Shown: one piece after another, positions 1 to 9,450 of the stretch
Position numbering within the stretch: position 1 is the stretch's first letter
Layout: every line of letters begins with the position of its first letter
Source: Gallionella sp.
GTDB lineage: Bacteria > Pseudomonadota > Gammaproteobacteria > Burkholderiales > Gallionellaceae
Length of the DNA: 64,000 nt
Direction of reading: 5' to 3'
NCBI GenBank assembly: GCA_031970715.1
Contig: DALYHV010000001.1
Location: 9,251-73,250, forward strand
The notes under the pieces: generated by a model
Told to the model about the DNA's origin: nothing
Seen by the model: only the letters and a program-made list of their open reading frames with translations
Databases searched by the model: none
Made by a program: the position numbers and the translations under genes

Positions 1-251
1 GTCAATTCTTCACGGTTGGCCTCGCACCAAGCCTGCACACCTTCTTGCAGATTGGCCGCCTGCTCGCGCAGCTTGTCGATTTCAGGCTGATAGTTTTCCG
101 TCACGTTGGCAATATCGTCATTCATCGCTGCCGTCATGCGGGCAATGTGGCGATTCACATCGCCCAGGGATTTGATGTTCTGTGCCGCTTCGTCACGGCT
201 TTGGCAGACATTACGCTTCGCCGCTGCCTTCACTTTGGTTTTCGGTGCCAT
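1..251 (-). CDS. gam: Mu Gam-like host-nuclease inhibitor, N-terminal part only (runs off the left window edge)
   Basis: Absent from the ORF track because there is no stop in the window. Reverse-strand ATG at 251-249 preceded by GGAGAG. Translation: MAPKTKVKAAAKRNVCQSRDEAAQNIKSLGDVNRHIARMTAAMNDDIANVTENYQPEIDKLREQAANLQEGVQAWCEANREELT. The GVQAWCEANREEL block matches my memory of phage Mu Gam (GVQGWCEANRDEL). Confidence 0.7.
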   Translation of the reverse strand, partial: MAPKTKVKAAAKRNVCQSRDEAAQNIKSLGDVNRHIARMTAAMNDDIANVTENYQPEIDKLREQAANLQEGVQAWCEANREEL

Positions 252-834
252 TTGGCTCTCCTTCATTGGGTTGAGTTGGTTTCTTCATTTTGTTCAGCAT
301 TTCCCGCACGCTCACCGGCATCTGGCTACGCTCAGTCGATTTCGTGGGGGGCGGTGGCGGTTCCCGGTTATGCTCGGTGCCGTGCGATGGGTGATACCCC
401 ACCTGCGTCTGCCCGCCGCGCTTGGCCTCACGGTCTTGCTCGGCCTTGGCCGCTGCCCGATTTCCGTAGCCTGCAATCACCTCTAGCAGATAGCCATGCG
501 ACTTGAGAGGTAGCGTCAGCGTGCCTGCATCCCGCCGTGCGATCACCTCGGTCAACCCGCTGATCCAGTATTCCTGCGGGGCGGGCCAACTGATGCCGTT
601 GCGCATCACTCGCGCCTCGTCAATCATTGGTTGCAACTCAGCCAGCAAGCTGGCCAGCCTGTCCATGCTCAGGTTGCGCCGCGCCGGGCGGAACAGCGCG
701 ATGTACTGCACCAGCAGTTTTCCAAGTGGCGAGGGCAGGCGCAGCGCCACCAGCACCGCCTCGCGGGCACCTTCATGGCCAAGGATCACGTCCAGGCTCA
801 TATCCGCACCGCAGGCTGGGCAGGTCAGTTTCAT
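211..834 (-). CDS. hypothetical Mu-like prophage early protein with N-terminal CxxC (zinc-ribbon-like) motif
   Basis: 207-aa ORF (MKLTCPACGADMSLDV...) co-oriented with and packed between the gam and B/A genes. No family recognised. Pro/Glu-rich C-terminus overlaps the gam start. Confidence 0.45.
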   Translation of the reverse strand: MKLTCPACGADMSLDVILGHEGAREAVLVALRLPSPLGKLLVQYIALFRPARRNLSMDRLASLLAELQPMIDEARVMRNGISWPAPQEYWISGLTEVIARRDAGTLTLPLKSHGYLLEVIAGYGNRAAAKAEQDREAKRGGQTQVGYHPSHGTEHNREPPPPPTKSTERSQMPVSVREMLNKMKKPTQPNEGEPNGTENQSEGSGEA

Positions 835-856
835 GGCTTCTTCCCGGAATACTCCA

Positions 857-1114
857 TCAGTAATTCCTCCCTCTCACTATCGTTCGCCACGGCTCATCAC
901 ATGGCTTGATGATTTGATACGACCCATCTCGTGTTGGCGGATCTCCCACCACTCCACGATGGCGCGGCTTGGACAACCCAAGTTTCTTTCTCCAGTACCA
1001 GCATTGCGGGAGACTTATTCCAAGATGGCTGGCGCAAGCGGCAATAGTCATCACCTTATGATTCGCCTTCAGCCATTCCTGCTCGTCGGTGCTCAGGTGC
1101 GTTTTAGCTGTCAT
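857..1114 (-). CDS. hypothetical small prophage protein (possible HTH)
   Basis: ORF-track 857..1150. I prefer the internal ATG at 1114, whose ATGA overlaps the stop of the upstream small ORF (translational coupling). MTAKTHLSTDEQEWLKANHKVMTIAACASHLGIS... Confidence 0.4.
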   Translation of the reverse strand: MTAKTHLSTDEQEWLKANHKVMTIAACASHLGISLPQCWYWRKKLGLSKPRHRGVVGDPPTRDGSYQIIKPCDEPWRTIVRGRNY

Positions 1115-1272
1115 ACGCCACCCCTTTGCGCCATCTTTGCGCTGCGACATGACGCCTTGAGTACAGCGTTCTCCTGTTCCAGCGCGTGCTGGTAATCAAT
1201 ACGACCCACAAGCCCCAAAAGCAGCATAAACATGAGAAAAAACACCAGCGCTTCCTTATTTTCGTCGTTCAT
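1111..1272 (-). CDS. 53-aa small membrane protein directly after the B gene (positional analogue of the Mu kil region)
   Basis: Below the ORF-track size cut-off. ATG at 1272-1270, one base after the B stop. MNDENKEALVFFLMFMLLLGLVGRIDYQHALEQENAVLKASCRSAKMAQRGGV has one clear hydrophobic helix. Its stop overlaps the next ATG. Confidence 0.3.
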   Translation of the reverse strand: MNDENKEALVFFLMFMLLLGLVGRIDYQHALEQENAVLKASCRSAKMAQRGGV

Positions 1273-1273
1273 G

Positions 1274-2437
1274 TCACACCTCCCGCACCACGTCGCCGGT
1301 AACTTGTGGAATTCCGATGTCTGCCGCGCTGTTCATGGCCGCCGTCAACAGGTTGCCAACCGCCAGCGGGTACAGCAGAGACACGTTTTCACGGCGATTG
1401 CGGTTGGTGGTCAAGGTCAGCTTGTCGCGCAGGGCATCCATGCCGGACTTGTCGATAATTTCCCCCACGTTCTTGCCAACGCGTGAAAATTTGAACTTCA
1501 AGAAATCTTCCAGCGTGGCATCCATCGGCGTCAGTTCGATGATTTCGCAGCGCTGCACCACCTCGCGCACTTCATGGTTGTTTTCCGCCAGCTTCATCTT
1601 CAGTTCTGGCTGGCCGATCAGCACGATGCCCAGCAATTTCTTGAAGCCGTCTTCCAGCTCGAAAAAGCGTTTCAAGTGCTTCAAGGTAGGCACGGGCAAA
1701 CTATGCGCCTCTTCAATCACCAGCAGGTGGCTATTCCCGGCGCGGGAACTATCGCGCAGAATGCGGTGCAGTTGGCGGAAGCGCGCTTCCGGGCTTTGTT
1801 TTGGGCGTTCCAACGGAGCCACGCTGTGGATAATCGCCTCGGCAATGTGCGCAGATTTCAGCGTCTTGCCCTTCTTGTCGTTGTCTTCCATCGCCAGCAC
1901 GTAGGGTTCAATCACCACCACCGGCAGGCTTTCGCGCTGAATGCGGTCATTCAGGTCGCGGCGCAGGGTCGATTTACCCGCGCCGGACTCACCCACCACC
2001 GCCACAAATCCGCCATGCCGGGCACACTGGTGCAACACCTCGCGCACCAGGCGCACGTCCGGGCTGAGAAAAACGTCCTCCGCCGAGCGGATTTCGTCGT
2101 TGAACACATCGCGGGTCAAGCCGAAATGGCGTTTGGCTTCTGGATGCAAACCTTGTTTTCGTAGTAACATAATGTCCTCCGTTGTTGATGTTGCTGCTGT
2201 CTGGATGCCCTCAACCGGGCCATCCGCCTTAAACAGGCCGGTCAAATCGTTTGCTCCGATCCCGGCCTCCTTCAAAAATCCCCGAATCCCGTCCTGCAAA
2301 TGCGCCTGATCCATCGAGCGCGGCCACTGGCCATGATTCAGCAACTGGGTAATCGCCGCAGGTGATACCCCTAAATGTTCTGCCAGTGCGCGCTGCGACT
2401 TCCCCGCCCGCGCCAGCAATGTCCTGATTTGTTTCAT
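1274..2437 (-). CDS. Mu B-like transposition ATPase (N-terminal HTH + AAA+ domain)
   Basis: 387 aa. N-terminal HTH-like KSQRALAEHLGVSPAAITQLL, Walker A GESGAGKST, Walker-B-like LLVIEEAH. Sits immediately downstream of, and overlaps by 4 nt, the DDE transposase as in the Mu A-B pair. Confidence 0.8.
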   Translation of the reverse strand: MKQIRTLLARAGKSQRALAEHLGVSPAAITQLLNHGQWPRSMDQAHLQDGIRGFLKEAGIGANDLTGLFKADGPVEGIQTAATSTTEDIMLLRKQGLHPEAKRHFGLTRDVFNDEIRSAEDVFLSPDVRLVREVLHQCARHGGFVAVVGESGAGKSTLRRDLNDRIQRESLPVVVIEPYVLAMEDNDKKGKTLKSAHIAEAIIHSVAPLERPKQSPEARFRQLHRILRDSSRAGNSHLLVIEEAHSLPVPTLKHLKRFFELEDGFKKLLGIVLIGQPELKMKLAENNHEVREVVQRCEIIELTPMDATLEDFLKFKFSRVGKNVGEIIDKSGMDALRDKLTLTTNRNRRENVSLLYPLAVGNLLTAAMNSAADIGIPQVTGDVVREV

Positions 2438-3969
2438 CGCGCACCTCCCGCCACCAGCTTGAGCTTCCCGCGTGCCAGCCAGCGCTCGGCAATCTCGCCC
2501 ACCTGATCTTCCGCCGCCCCGTCTGGGTAAGTTTCCACCAGCCAGCGGTAGCTATCTGCCGTCCAGTCCGCACCCAACCGCCCCTTCAACAGCTTGGCCA
2601 GCGCGACATGCGACAACTTGGGCATCTCCACCCGTGGCGCAGTCAAACTGTGCTCAGTCCCGCGCTTCGGCAGATACGTCGGCAACTTGTCCTCTTCGAT
2701 ATGCTTGTAGGGGTCGAGCTTGCCGCCAAAGGGCAGCGCCTTGCCCTTGCGCGCCGCCGCAGCAGCTTCCAGGCTGTCCGTACCAGTGACCAGCTTTTCG
2801 ATTTCCTTCAGGGCGGTTTGTGCGGGGGTATCGGCCACGCGTTTGTAGCCTTCTCCGAACATGACATCAGTGCTGGCATAGCCGCCGTCCACAATTTCAA
2901 CCAGTGGGCAAACGTGATACACCTCTTGACCATGCTCATCGGTCATCACCACCTGTGCGGTGTCGTCGCGCCATGGATTCCGTGTCACCAGGACTTTTTC
3001 TTTCACCATCACGCCCGGTACCTTGCTCACGTCGTATTCGTTGCCCTGGTAGCTCACGCGCAGCTTCGGCGATACCACCCGTTTATCTGGTGTGCGAACA
3101 GATAATTCCCGGCACACCTCAACCGAGGGAGCTTTAATCAACTGTTCCGGCTTGATGCTCAACCACATCTGCGTGCGCGTCATGCCGTGACGGCTGTGGA
3201 TCGCCGTGGCATTGAAGTGCGCACACCACTTGGTAGCCAGCTCATTCAAATGCGCTTCGTCGCGCACCGTCATAAAAGTCAATCCGGCCTCGAACTTACG
3301 CTCTACGATGTCCTGAGCCTTTTCCACCTGCCCAGTGGCGCGGGCATTTTTCGGCGCGTGCCATTTCATTTTGACGCCCAGCGCCCGGCACATGTTTTGC
3401 GTCATACCCGCCGTCATTGCCGCACCCGGATCTGTGTACAGCCATTCCGGCAATCCGTGCAGCACGTCCCCGTTGCCACGCTCCTGCATGGTGTCAATCA
3501 GGAAGTCGCACAAGTTCTGCCCGGACTCTGCCCCCATGTAGTACTGCACCCGAATCCAGCCAGAGTAATGCTCGGTGCAAACCCAGCGCCCCACCCGGTC
3601 AGCCATGATGCGATCCAGATTCTTCGGCTTGTTCTTATAGAACTCGTCCCGCTCCATAATGTGCAAACCGTTTTCAGATTTCTTCTGGGACGGCTTCAGG
3701 TAATACAACACGCACATACTCCAGTCCGCTTCCCACACATGATTCGGGTGTTTAGTCCGCACGCTCACCACCGGAGCCGGGGCCAGCAACTGTTGCGGAT
3801 GCAGACCGTGCGTTCGCAGGGCGCGAGTAATGGCCGACTCCGACAACTGGCGCACCTCCCCAGTGGCTTCATCCACATAATCCGCCTTGATAAAGCCATT
3901 GCTGCGCAACACCGCCACCGCATCCGCCACGGTGTAAAGCTGCTTGCCGTTTTTTCTGGCCGACTCCAT
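2434..3969 (-). CDS. DDE (rve-type) transposase, MuA-like but with a short N-terminal DNA-binding region
   Basis: ORF-track 2434..3999 starts at a TTG; the first ATG is at 3969 (MESARKNGKQLYTV...). Catalytic-core signatures HVWEADWS and LYTDPGAAM. 511 aa. Confidence 0.8.
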   Translation of the reverse strand: MESARKNGKQLYTVADAVAVLRSNGFIKADYVDEATGEVRQLSESAITRALRTHGLHPQQLLAPAPVVSVRTKHPNHVWEADWSMCVLYYLKPSQKKSENGLHIMERDEFYKNKPKNLDRIMADRVGRWVCTEHYSGWIRVQYYMGAESGQNLCDFLIDTMQERGNGDVLHGLPEWLYTDPGAAMTAGMTQNMCRALGVKMKWHAPKNARATGQVEKAQDIVERKFEAGLTFMTVRDEAHLNELATKWCAHFNATAIHSRHGMTRTQMWLSIKPEQLIKAPSVEVCRELSVRTPDKRVVSPKLRVSYQGNEYDVSKVPGVMVKEKVLVTRNPWRDDTAQVVMTDEHGQEVYHVCPLVEIVDGGYASTDVMFGEGYKRVADTPAQTALKEIEKLVTGTDSLEAAAAARKGKALPFGGKLDPYKHIEEDKLPTYLPKRGTEHSLTAPRVEMPKLSHVALAKLLKGRLGADWTADSYRWLVETYPDGAAEDQVGEIAERWLARGKLKLVAGGAR

Positions 3970-4000
3970 CAGCGCCGCCGAAACGAAATGATGGGGCAAT

Positions 4001-4036
4001 AAAAAAGGGAGACCGCTGGGGTCTCCCTTTTGTTTT
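4001..4036 (-). terminator. rho-independent (bidirectional) terminator after nuoN
   Basis: GGGAGACC (4007-4014) pairs with GGTCTCCC (4020-4027). Flanked by A6 on one side and TTTTGTTTT on the other. Starts 12 nt after the nuoN stop. Confidence 0.75.
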
Positions 4037-4047
4037 ACCGGGTCAAC

Positions 4048-5511
4048 TCAGTGTAGCAGTAAGGATTGTTTTACCGCCGCAGCGCATACGGTCATCAGTG
4101 TGCCTGGTGCGATGCCCAGGAACAGCACGCCCAAACCGTTCAGGCTGATCAACAGACCGGTATCGGAGCCGACGTTGATCGGTGCATGGGTTTCCGGGTT
4201 GTCGAAATACATCAGCTTGACGATGCGCAGGTAGTAGAAAGCGCCAATCAGCGACATCAGTACGGCGGCGATTGCCAACCAGGTATATCCGGCTTGTACC
4301 ACCGCGTTCAGCACCGAGAATTTGGCGTAGAAGCCCACGGTGGGCGGCACACCGGCCATGGAAAACATCAGCAGCAGCATCATGAAGGCCAACCAGGGGC
4401 TGCGTTGATTCAGACCCTTGAAGTCATCCAGATTGTCGGCTTCAAAACCAGCACGCGACAGCAGCATGATCATGCCGAAACCACCCAGCGACATCAGGAC
4501 ATAAATCACCGCGTAGAACATGGATGAGCCATAACCCTCAATGCCCCCGGCGATGAAACCGAGCAGCAGGAAGCCCATATGTGCGATGGTGGAGTAGGCG
4601 AACATGCGCTTCAGATTGGTCTGGGCAATCGCCGACAGGTTGCCGATGGCCATGGAAGCCAAGGCCAGAATGATCAGCATGCTGCTCCAGTCATGCACCA
4701 TGGCTTGCAGGCCTTCCACCAGAATGCGGGCGGTAAAGGCAAACGCAGCCAGCTTGGGGGCGGAGCCAATCAGCATGGTCATGGCAGTCGGTGCACCGTG
4801 ATACACGTCGGGAATCCACATGTGGAAGGGCACCACGCCCAGTTTGAACGCCAAGCCAGACAAAATGAATACCAGGCCAAACACAGCCAATGTCTTGTTG
4901 GCGGTGCCCGCCGTGAGCGCATTGGAGATGGTGGTCAATTCCAGCGAGCCAGTCGCGCCATACAACATGGACATGCCATACAGCAGCAAGCCGGAGGCCA
5001 AGGCACCCAGCACGAAATACTTCATGGCCGCTTCAGTGGCGACGGCGGAATCACGTTGCAGGGCGACCAGCGCGTACATGCTCAGGGACAGCAATTCCAA
5101 GCCAATGTACAGCGACAGGAAATGGTGTGCCGAAATCATCACGTCCATCCCCAGCAGCGCAAACAAGGTCAACACCATGAACTCGCCAGTCAGCAAACCG
5201 CGCGCCAGCAGGTATTCACGTGAATACACCAGCATCATCATCACCGACAGGCTGGAGAGCCATTTCAGGCTGTCCGACATGGCGTCATCCACAAACATGC
5301 CGTTGAAGGAGACCTGGGCATCATTCACATGGGTCAGACCGCTGAGTGCAGCGGCCCCCAGCAGGGTCATCAGTACTAGATAGTAGGTGAAAATCTTGCT
5401 GCTTTTGGTCAGCATCAAGTCTGCGATCAGAATGAAGCAGGCCATGACCAGCAGAAAAATTTCCACACTCGCGGGCATCAGCAGGGCTGTCAGTTCGTCT
5501 GTTAAGCTCAT
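4048..5511 (-). CDS. nuoN: NADH-quinone oxidoreductase subunit N
   Basis: 487-aa polytopic membrane ORF, last in the nuoA-N order. ND2-like block [15 protein letters not shown]. Confidence 0.95.
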   Translation of the reverse strand: MSLTDELTALLMPASVEIFLLVMACFILIADLMLTKSSKIFTYYLVLMTLLGAAALSGLTHVNDAQVSFNGMFVDDAMSDSLKWLSSLSVMMMLVYSREYLLARGLLTGEFMVLTLFALLGMDVMISAHHFLSLYIGLELLSLSMYALVALQRDSAVATEAAMKYFVLGALASGLLLYGMSMLYGATGSLELTTISNALTAGTANKTLAVFGLVFILSGLAFKLGVVPFHMWIPDVYHGAPTAMTMLIGSAPKLAAFAFTARILVEGLQAMVHDWSSMLIILALASMAIGNLSAIAQTNLKRMFAYSTIAHMGFLLLGFIAGGIEGYGSSMFYAVIYVLMSLGGFGMIMLLSRAGFEADNLDDFKGLNQRSPWLAFMMLLLMFSMAGVPPTVGFYAKFSVLNAVVQAGYTWLAIAAVLMSLIGAFYYLRIVKLMYFDNPETHAPINVGSDTGLLISLNGLGVLFLGIAPGTLMTVCAAAVKQSLLLH

Positions 5512-5554
5512 ATCTACCTCAAAGGTCGTTGCGTTGTGTCATATACAGCATGAC

Positions 5555-7039
5555 TTACAGTTTGGAATGGGTGAGGTGCAGCAGCAAGTCGCTCACGGAC
5601 TCGTGCAGGATGTCCGCAAACGGCAGCGGATACAGCCCCATGCCCAGCACAGTGATGGCCAGAATGGCCAGAATCACGGTTTCGCGTGCGTTGATGTCGG
5701 TCAGCTCTGCGACGTGATGGTTGGCAATCTTGCCGAAAATCACGCGCTTGTACATCCACAGGGTGTATGCCGCACCGAAAATCAGCGTGGTCGCCGCCGC
5801 GAAGCCGTACCAGAAGTTCACCTTGATGGCGGCCATGATGACCATGAATTCACCGACGAAGGCGCTGGTGCCGGGCAAGCCGCTGTTGGCCATGGCAAAC
5901 AGCATGAAGAAGGCAGCAAACACGGGCATGCGATTGGCTACGCCACCGTAAGCGGAAATTTCACGCGAGTGAACGCGGTCATACAACACACCGATACACA
6001 GGAACAGCGCACCGGCGACGAAGCCATGGGAAATCATTTGCAACAGTGCGCCTTCGATGCCGTACTGATTGAAAATAAAGAAGCCCAGGGTGACAAAGCC
6101 CATGTGCGAAATGGAGGAGTAAGCCACCAGTTTCTTCATGTCCTTTTGCATCAGCGCCACCAGACCAATGTAGATCACCGCGATCAGCGACAGGGCAATC
6201 ATCACCCCAGCCAGTTTGTGGCTGGCATCCGGGGCAATCGGCATGGAGAAACGCAGGAAGCCGTAAGCACCCACTTTCAGCATGATGGCCGCCAGCACCA
6301 CGGAACCACCGGTAGGCGCTTCCACGTGGGCGTCTGGCAACCAGGTGTGTACCGGGAACATCGGCACTTTCACTGCGAAGGCCAAGAAGAAGGCGATGAA
6401 AATCAGGATCTGCGCCGTCATCGGGATGGGTAGATGGTGGAAGTCCTGAATCGAGAAGCTGCCGCCGGACAGGTTGTACAGATAAACCAGCGCCACCAGC
6501 ATCAACAGCGAACCCAGCAATGTGTACAGGAAGAACTTCACCGCCGCATACACGCGGTTCGGGCCACCCCACACGCCGATGATGATGAACATCGGGATCA
6601 GCATGGCTTCCCAGAACACGTAGAACAGCACCGCATCCAGTGCGGCGAACACGCCATTCACGATCCCCGACATAATCAGGAAGGCGGACATGTACTGTGC
6701 GACACGCTTTTCAATCACTTGCCAGCCAGCCAGCACCACGATGGGGGTGAAGAAGCTGTTGAGCAGGATAAATAGCATGGAAATGCCGTCTACCCCCAGA
6801 TGGTAATGAATGTTGAAGCGGGCAATCCAGCCGTGCAACTCGACGAATTGCATGGCGCTGGTGCCACGATCAAAGCCAGTGTACAGCGGCAAGGTCACCA
6901 AGAACCCCAGCACACCACCGACCAAGGCAATTTTGCGTGCCAAGGGTGCGTTTCGGTCATCACCAGTTGCCATGACCAAGATGCCGAAAATGATCGGCAG
7001 CCAAATTGCAACGCTGATTACGGGTAATCCAAAAATCAT
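5555..7039 (-). CDS. nuoM: NADH-quinone oxidoreductase subunit M
   Basis: 494 aa. ND4-like block PMFPVHTWLPDAHVEAPTGGSV. Confidence 0.95.
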   Translation of the reverse strand: MIFGLPVISVAIWLPIIFGILVMATGDDRNAPLARKIALVGGVLGFLVTLPLYTGFDRGTSAMQFVELHGWIARFNIHYHLGVDGISMLFILLNSFFTPIVVLAGWQVIEKRVAQYMSAFLIMSGIVNGVFAALDAVLFYVFWEAMLIPMFIIIGVWGGPNRVYAAVKFFLYTLLGSLLMLVALVYLYNLSGGSFSIQDFHHLPIPMTAQILIFIAFFLAFAVKVPMFPVHTWLPDAHVEAPTGGSVVLAAIMLKVGAYGFLRFSMPIAPDASHKLAGVMIALSLIAVIYIGLVALMQKDMKKLVAYSSISHMGFVTLGFFIFNQYGIEGALLQMISHGFVAGALFLCIGVLYDRVHSREISAYGGVANRMPVFAAFFMLFAMANSGLPGTSAFVGEFMVIMAAIKVNFWYGFAAATTLIFGAAYTLWMYKRVIFGKIANHHVAELTDINARETVILAILAITVLGMGLYPLPFADILHESVSDLLLHLTHSKL

Positions 7040-7079
7040 ACTGTCATTCCTTTTTCAGTTATGGCTGGCAGGCGAATCA

Positions 7080-9143
7080 TTATTCAAACCAAGTACGGAT
7101 GGTCAGCAGGATGAACACCCCCACGACCATGGTAAAGGCATAGTGGTAGATGTAACCGGATTGCAGGCGGCGTACCACGTAGGCCAGCTTGCCGACCAAG
7201 TTGGCGCTGCCGTTGACAATCAAACCGTCAATCAGCGTGCGATCACCGAATTTCCACAGCATGGTACTGGCACCGCGTGCACCACCAGCGAAGAACCAGT
7301 CGTTGAAACGGTCGAAGTAGTATTTGTTTTCCAGCAACGTGTGGATCCATTGGAACTTCTTCTGAATGGCAGCGGGAATGTCCGGGCGCTTCAGGTAGAA
7401 GAAGGCGGCCAGACCGACGCCAGCCAGTGCCAGCCAGAACGGCAGGGTGGTCAGGGCGTGCACGGCCATGGCGACGGGGCCGTGGAACTCTTCCTTCAGG
7501 TGGTGCATGGCTTCATGATGCTCGGCAATGAAAATCGCATCCTTGAAGTAGCCGCCGAACAGCATGGGTTCGATGGCGATGAAACCAATCAGCACCGACG
7601 GAATGGCCAGCAGCACCAGTGGCAGCCAAACTACCCAAGGGGTTTCGTGCGGCTTTTGACCGGGGGCCAGGCCATGATGGGCGTGGTCGTCATGATCGTC
7701 ATCGGCATGCGCGTCGTCATGGTGGTCATCCTCGGCAGCATGCGCAGCATGGGCATGGTCGTCGTGATGATGGGCCTTGCCGAAACGCTCTTCACCGTGG
7801 AACACCAGGAAGTACATGCGGAAGGAGTAGAAGGCCGTGACGAACACGCCTGCCACCACGGCAAAGTAGGCAAAACCAGCGACGGGCAGGTGCGACAGGG
7901 CCACCGCTTCGATGATGCTGTCCTTGGAGTAGAAGCCGGAGAAGAATGGCGTGCCAATCAGGGCCAAGGAGCCAATCAGCGAAGTGATCCAGGTAATCGG
8001 CATGTACTTGCGCAGGCCGCCCATGTTGCGGATGTCCTGATCGTGGTGCATGGCCATGATGACGCTACCGGCACCCAGGAACAACAGCGCCTTGAAGAAG
8101 GCGTGGGTCATCAGGTGGAAAATCGCCACGGAGTAAGCGGATGCGCCCAGTGCTACGGTCATGTAGCCCAGTTGCGACAGGGTGGAGTAGGCCACCACGC
8201 GCTTGATGTCGTTCTGGATGATGCCCAGGAAACCCATGAACAGCGCGGTAATCGAACCAATCACCATGATGAAGGACAGCGCGGTTTCAGACAGCTCGAA
8301 CATCGGCGACATACGCGCTACCATGAAAATCCCGGCGGTCACCATGGTCGCGGCGTGAATCAGTGCGGAAATCGGGGTGGGGCCTTCCATGGAATCTGGC
8401 AGCCAAACGTGCAGCGGGAACTGCGCCGATTTACCCATGGCACCGATAAACAGCAGGATGCAAATTGCCGTAATCAGGTTGACTTCCATCCCGGCGATGG
8501 GCGCGATGTCTTCCACGTGCTTGGCCACATTGGCGAACACGTCGCCGTAGTTCAGCGAACCGAACACCATCAGCACCAAGCCAATGCCCAGCAGGAAGCC
8601 AAAGTCACCAACACGGTTGACCAAAAAGGCTTTCAGGTTGGCGTAAATCGCGGTGGGGCGGGTGAACCAGAAACCAATCAGCAGGTAGGACACCAGGCCC
8701 ACGGCTTCCCAGCCGAAGAACAACTGCATGAAGTTGTTGGCCATCACCAGCATCAGCATGGAGAAGGTGAACAGCGAAATGTAGCTGAAGAAGCGTTGAT
8801 AGCCAGGGTCTTCGGACATGTAGCCGATGGTGTAGATGTGCACCATCAACGACACCGAGGTGACCACCAGCATCATGGTGGCGGACAGGCGGTCAATTAG
8901 GAAGCCGACTTGGAAAGTCGCCCCATCGGACACCAGCCAAGTGTAAACCGTGCCATCGAAAATGTGGCCTGCCATGACATCCTGAAAAATGCGCACGGCC
9001 TGGAAGAAGGCCACGGCGACCATGGTAATGGCGATACGGTGCGACCAAGTGCGGCCCAGTACCTTGCCAAACATGCCCGCAGCGATAGCACCCACCAAAG
9101 GCGCGAGCGGAACGACCAAGTAGTTTTGAATATCCATTTGCAT
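7080..9143 (-). CDS. nuoL: NADH-quinone oxidoreductase subunit L (with His/Asp-rich insert)
   Basis: 687 aa. ND5-like block QFPLHVWLPDSMEGPTPISALIHAATMVTAG. Confidence 0.95.
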   Translation of the reverse strand: MQMDIQNYLVVPLAPLVGAIAAGMFGKVLGRTWSHRIAITMVAVAFFQAVRIFQDVMAGHIFDGTVYTWLVSDGATFQVGFLIDRLSATMMLVVTSVSLMVHIYTIGYMSEDPGYQRFFSYISLFTFSMLMLVMANNFMQLFFGWEAVGLVSYLLIGFWFTRPTAIYANLKAFLVNRVGDFGFLLGIGLVLMVFGSLNYGDVFANVAKHVEDIAPIAGMEVNLITAICILLFIGAMGKSAQFPLHVWLPDSMEGPTPISALIHAATMVTAGIFMVARMSPMFELSETALSFIMVIGSITALFMGFLGIIQNDIKRVVAYSTLSQLGYMTVALGASAYSVAIFHLMTHAFFKALLFLGAGSVIMAMHHDQDIRNMGGLRKYMPITWITSLIGSLALIGTPFFSGFYSKDSIIEAVALSHLPVAGFAYFAVVAGVFVTAFYSFRMYFLVFHGEERFGKAHHHDDHAHAAHAAEDDHHDDAHADDDHDDHAHHGLAPGQKPHETPWVVWLPLVLLAIPSVLIGFIAIEPMLFGGYFKDAIFIAEHHEAMHHLKEEFHGPVAMAVHALTTLPFWLALAGVGLAAFFYLKRPDIPAAIQKKFQWIHTLLENKYYFDRFNDWFFAGGARGASTMLWKFGDRTLIDGLIVNGSANLVGKLAYVVRRLQSGYIYHYAFTMVVGVFILLTIRTWFE

Positions 9144-9448
9144 CAGCCTTTCAAACTGCCGAGATCATCAACGTTAATGGTGCGCAGGTTGCGGAACAAC
9201 ACCACCAGAATGGCCAGACCAATGGCAGCTTCAGCGGCGGCCACAGTCAGGATGAAGAACACGAAAATCTGTCCGGCAGTGTCGTTCAGATAGTGCGAGA
9301 ACGCCACAAAGTTGGTATTTACCGCCAGCAGCATCAATTCGATACACATCAGCAGCACGATGACATTTTTGCGATTCAGGAAAATGCCCACCACGCTAAC
9401 GGCAAACAGCACCGCGCTGAGGACAAGATAGTGTGACAGGGTCAACAT
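9143..9448 (-). CDS. nuoK: NADH-quinone oxidoreductase subunit K
   Basis: 101-aa three-helix membrane ORF in the nuoK position. Confidence 0.93.
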   Translation of the reverse strand: MLTLSHYLVLSAVLFAVSVVGIFLNRKNVIVLLMCIELMLLAVNTNFVAFSHYLNDTAGQIFVFFILTVAAAEAAIGLAILVVLFRNLRTINVDDLGSLKG

Positions 9449-9450
9449 GT

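Larger units (their letters stand above)
1..3999 (-). mobile_element. Mu-like transposable prophage, transposase-proximal end (rest lies left of the window)
   Basis: Gene order transposase A, ATPase B, small membrane ORF, small genes, gam mirrors the Mu early region. The exact terminus is not determinable; it must lie between about 3970 and 4005. Confidence 0.6.

Noticed and set aside
3970-4005. Calling the exact Mu-type terminus from the CATTTCGTTTCGG sequence near the transposase start, which loosely recalls the MuA-site core CGTTTC/CGAAA
   Set aside because: There is only a single weak match, no second or third spaced site, no terminal TG defined, and the other end is outside the window. 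This is insufficient to place the boundary.
7619-7957. Small ORFs (7619..7840 plus strand, 7631..7957 minus strand) and the apparent DNA-level repeat in the His-codon-rich tract
   Set aside because: They are alternative-frame or antisense readings of the NuoL His/Asp-rich insert. The tract is in frame within an otherwise intact nuoL and is treated as a coding insertion, not as separate genes or a microsatellite.
6810-8900. 696-aa plus-strand ORF, and similar long ORFs at 5387..6433, 15782..17020, 36605..37624, 40817..42001, 48394..49740, 53251..54300 and 62879..63994
   Set aside because: All lie antisense to genes with strong family signatures (nuoL/M/D, rfbH, gmd, hsdM, the UbiH-family gene and the acyl-CoA ligase). 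Their translations are low-complexity Gly/His/Gln/Arg/Val-rich strings with no motifs. They are typical shadow ORFs of GC-rich DNA.
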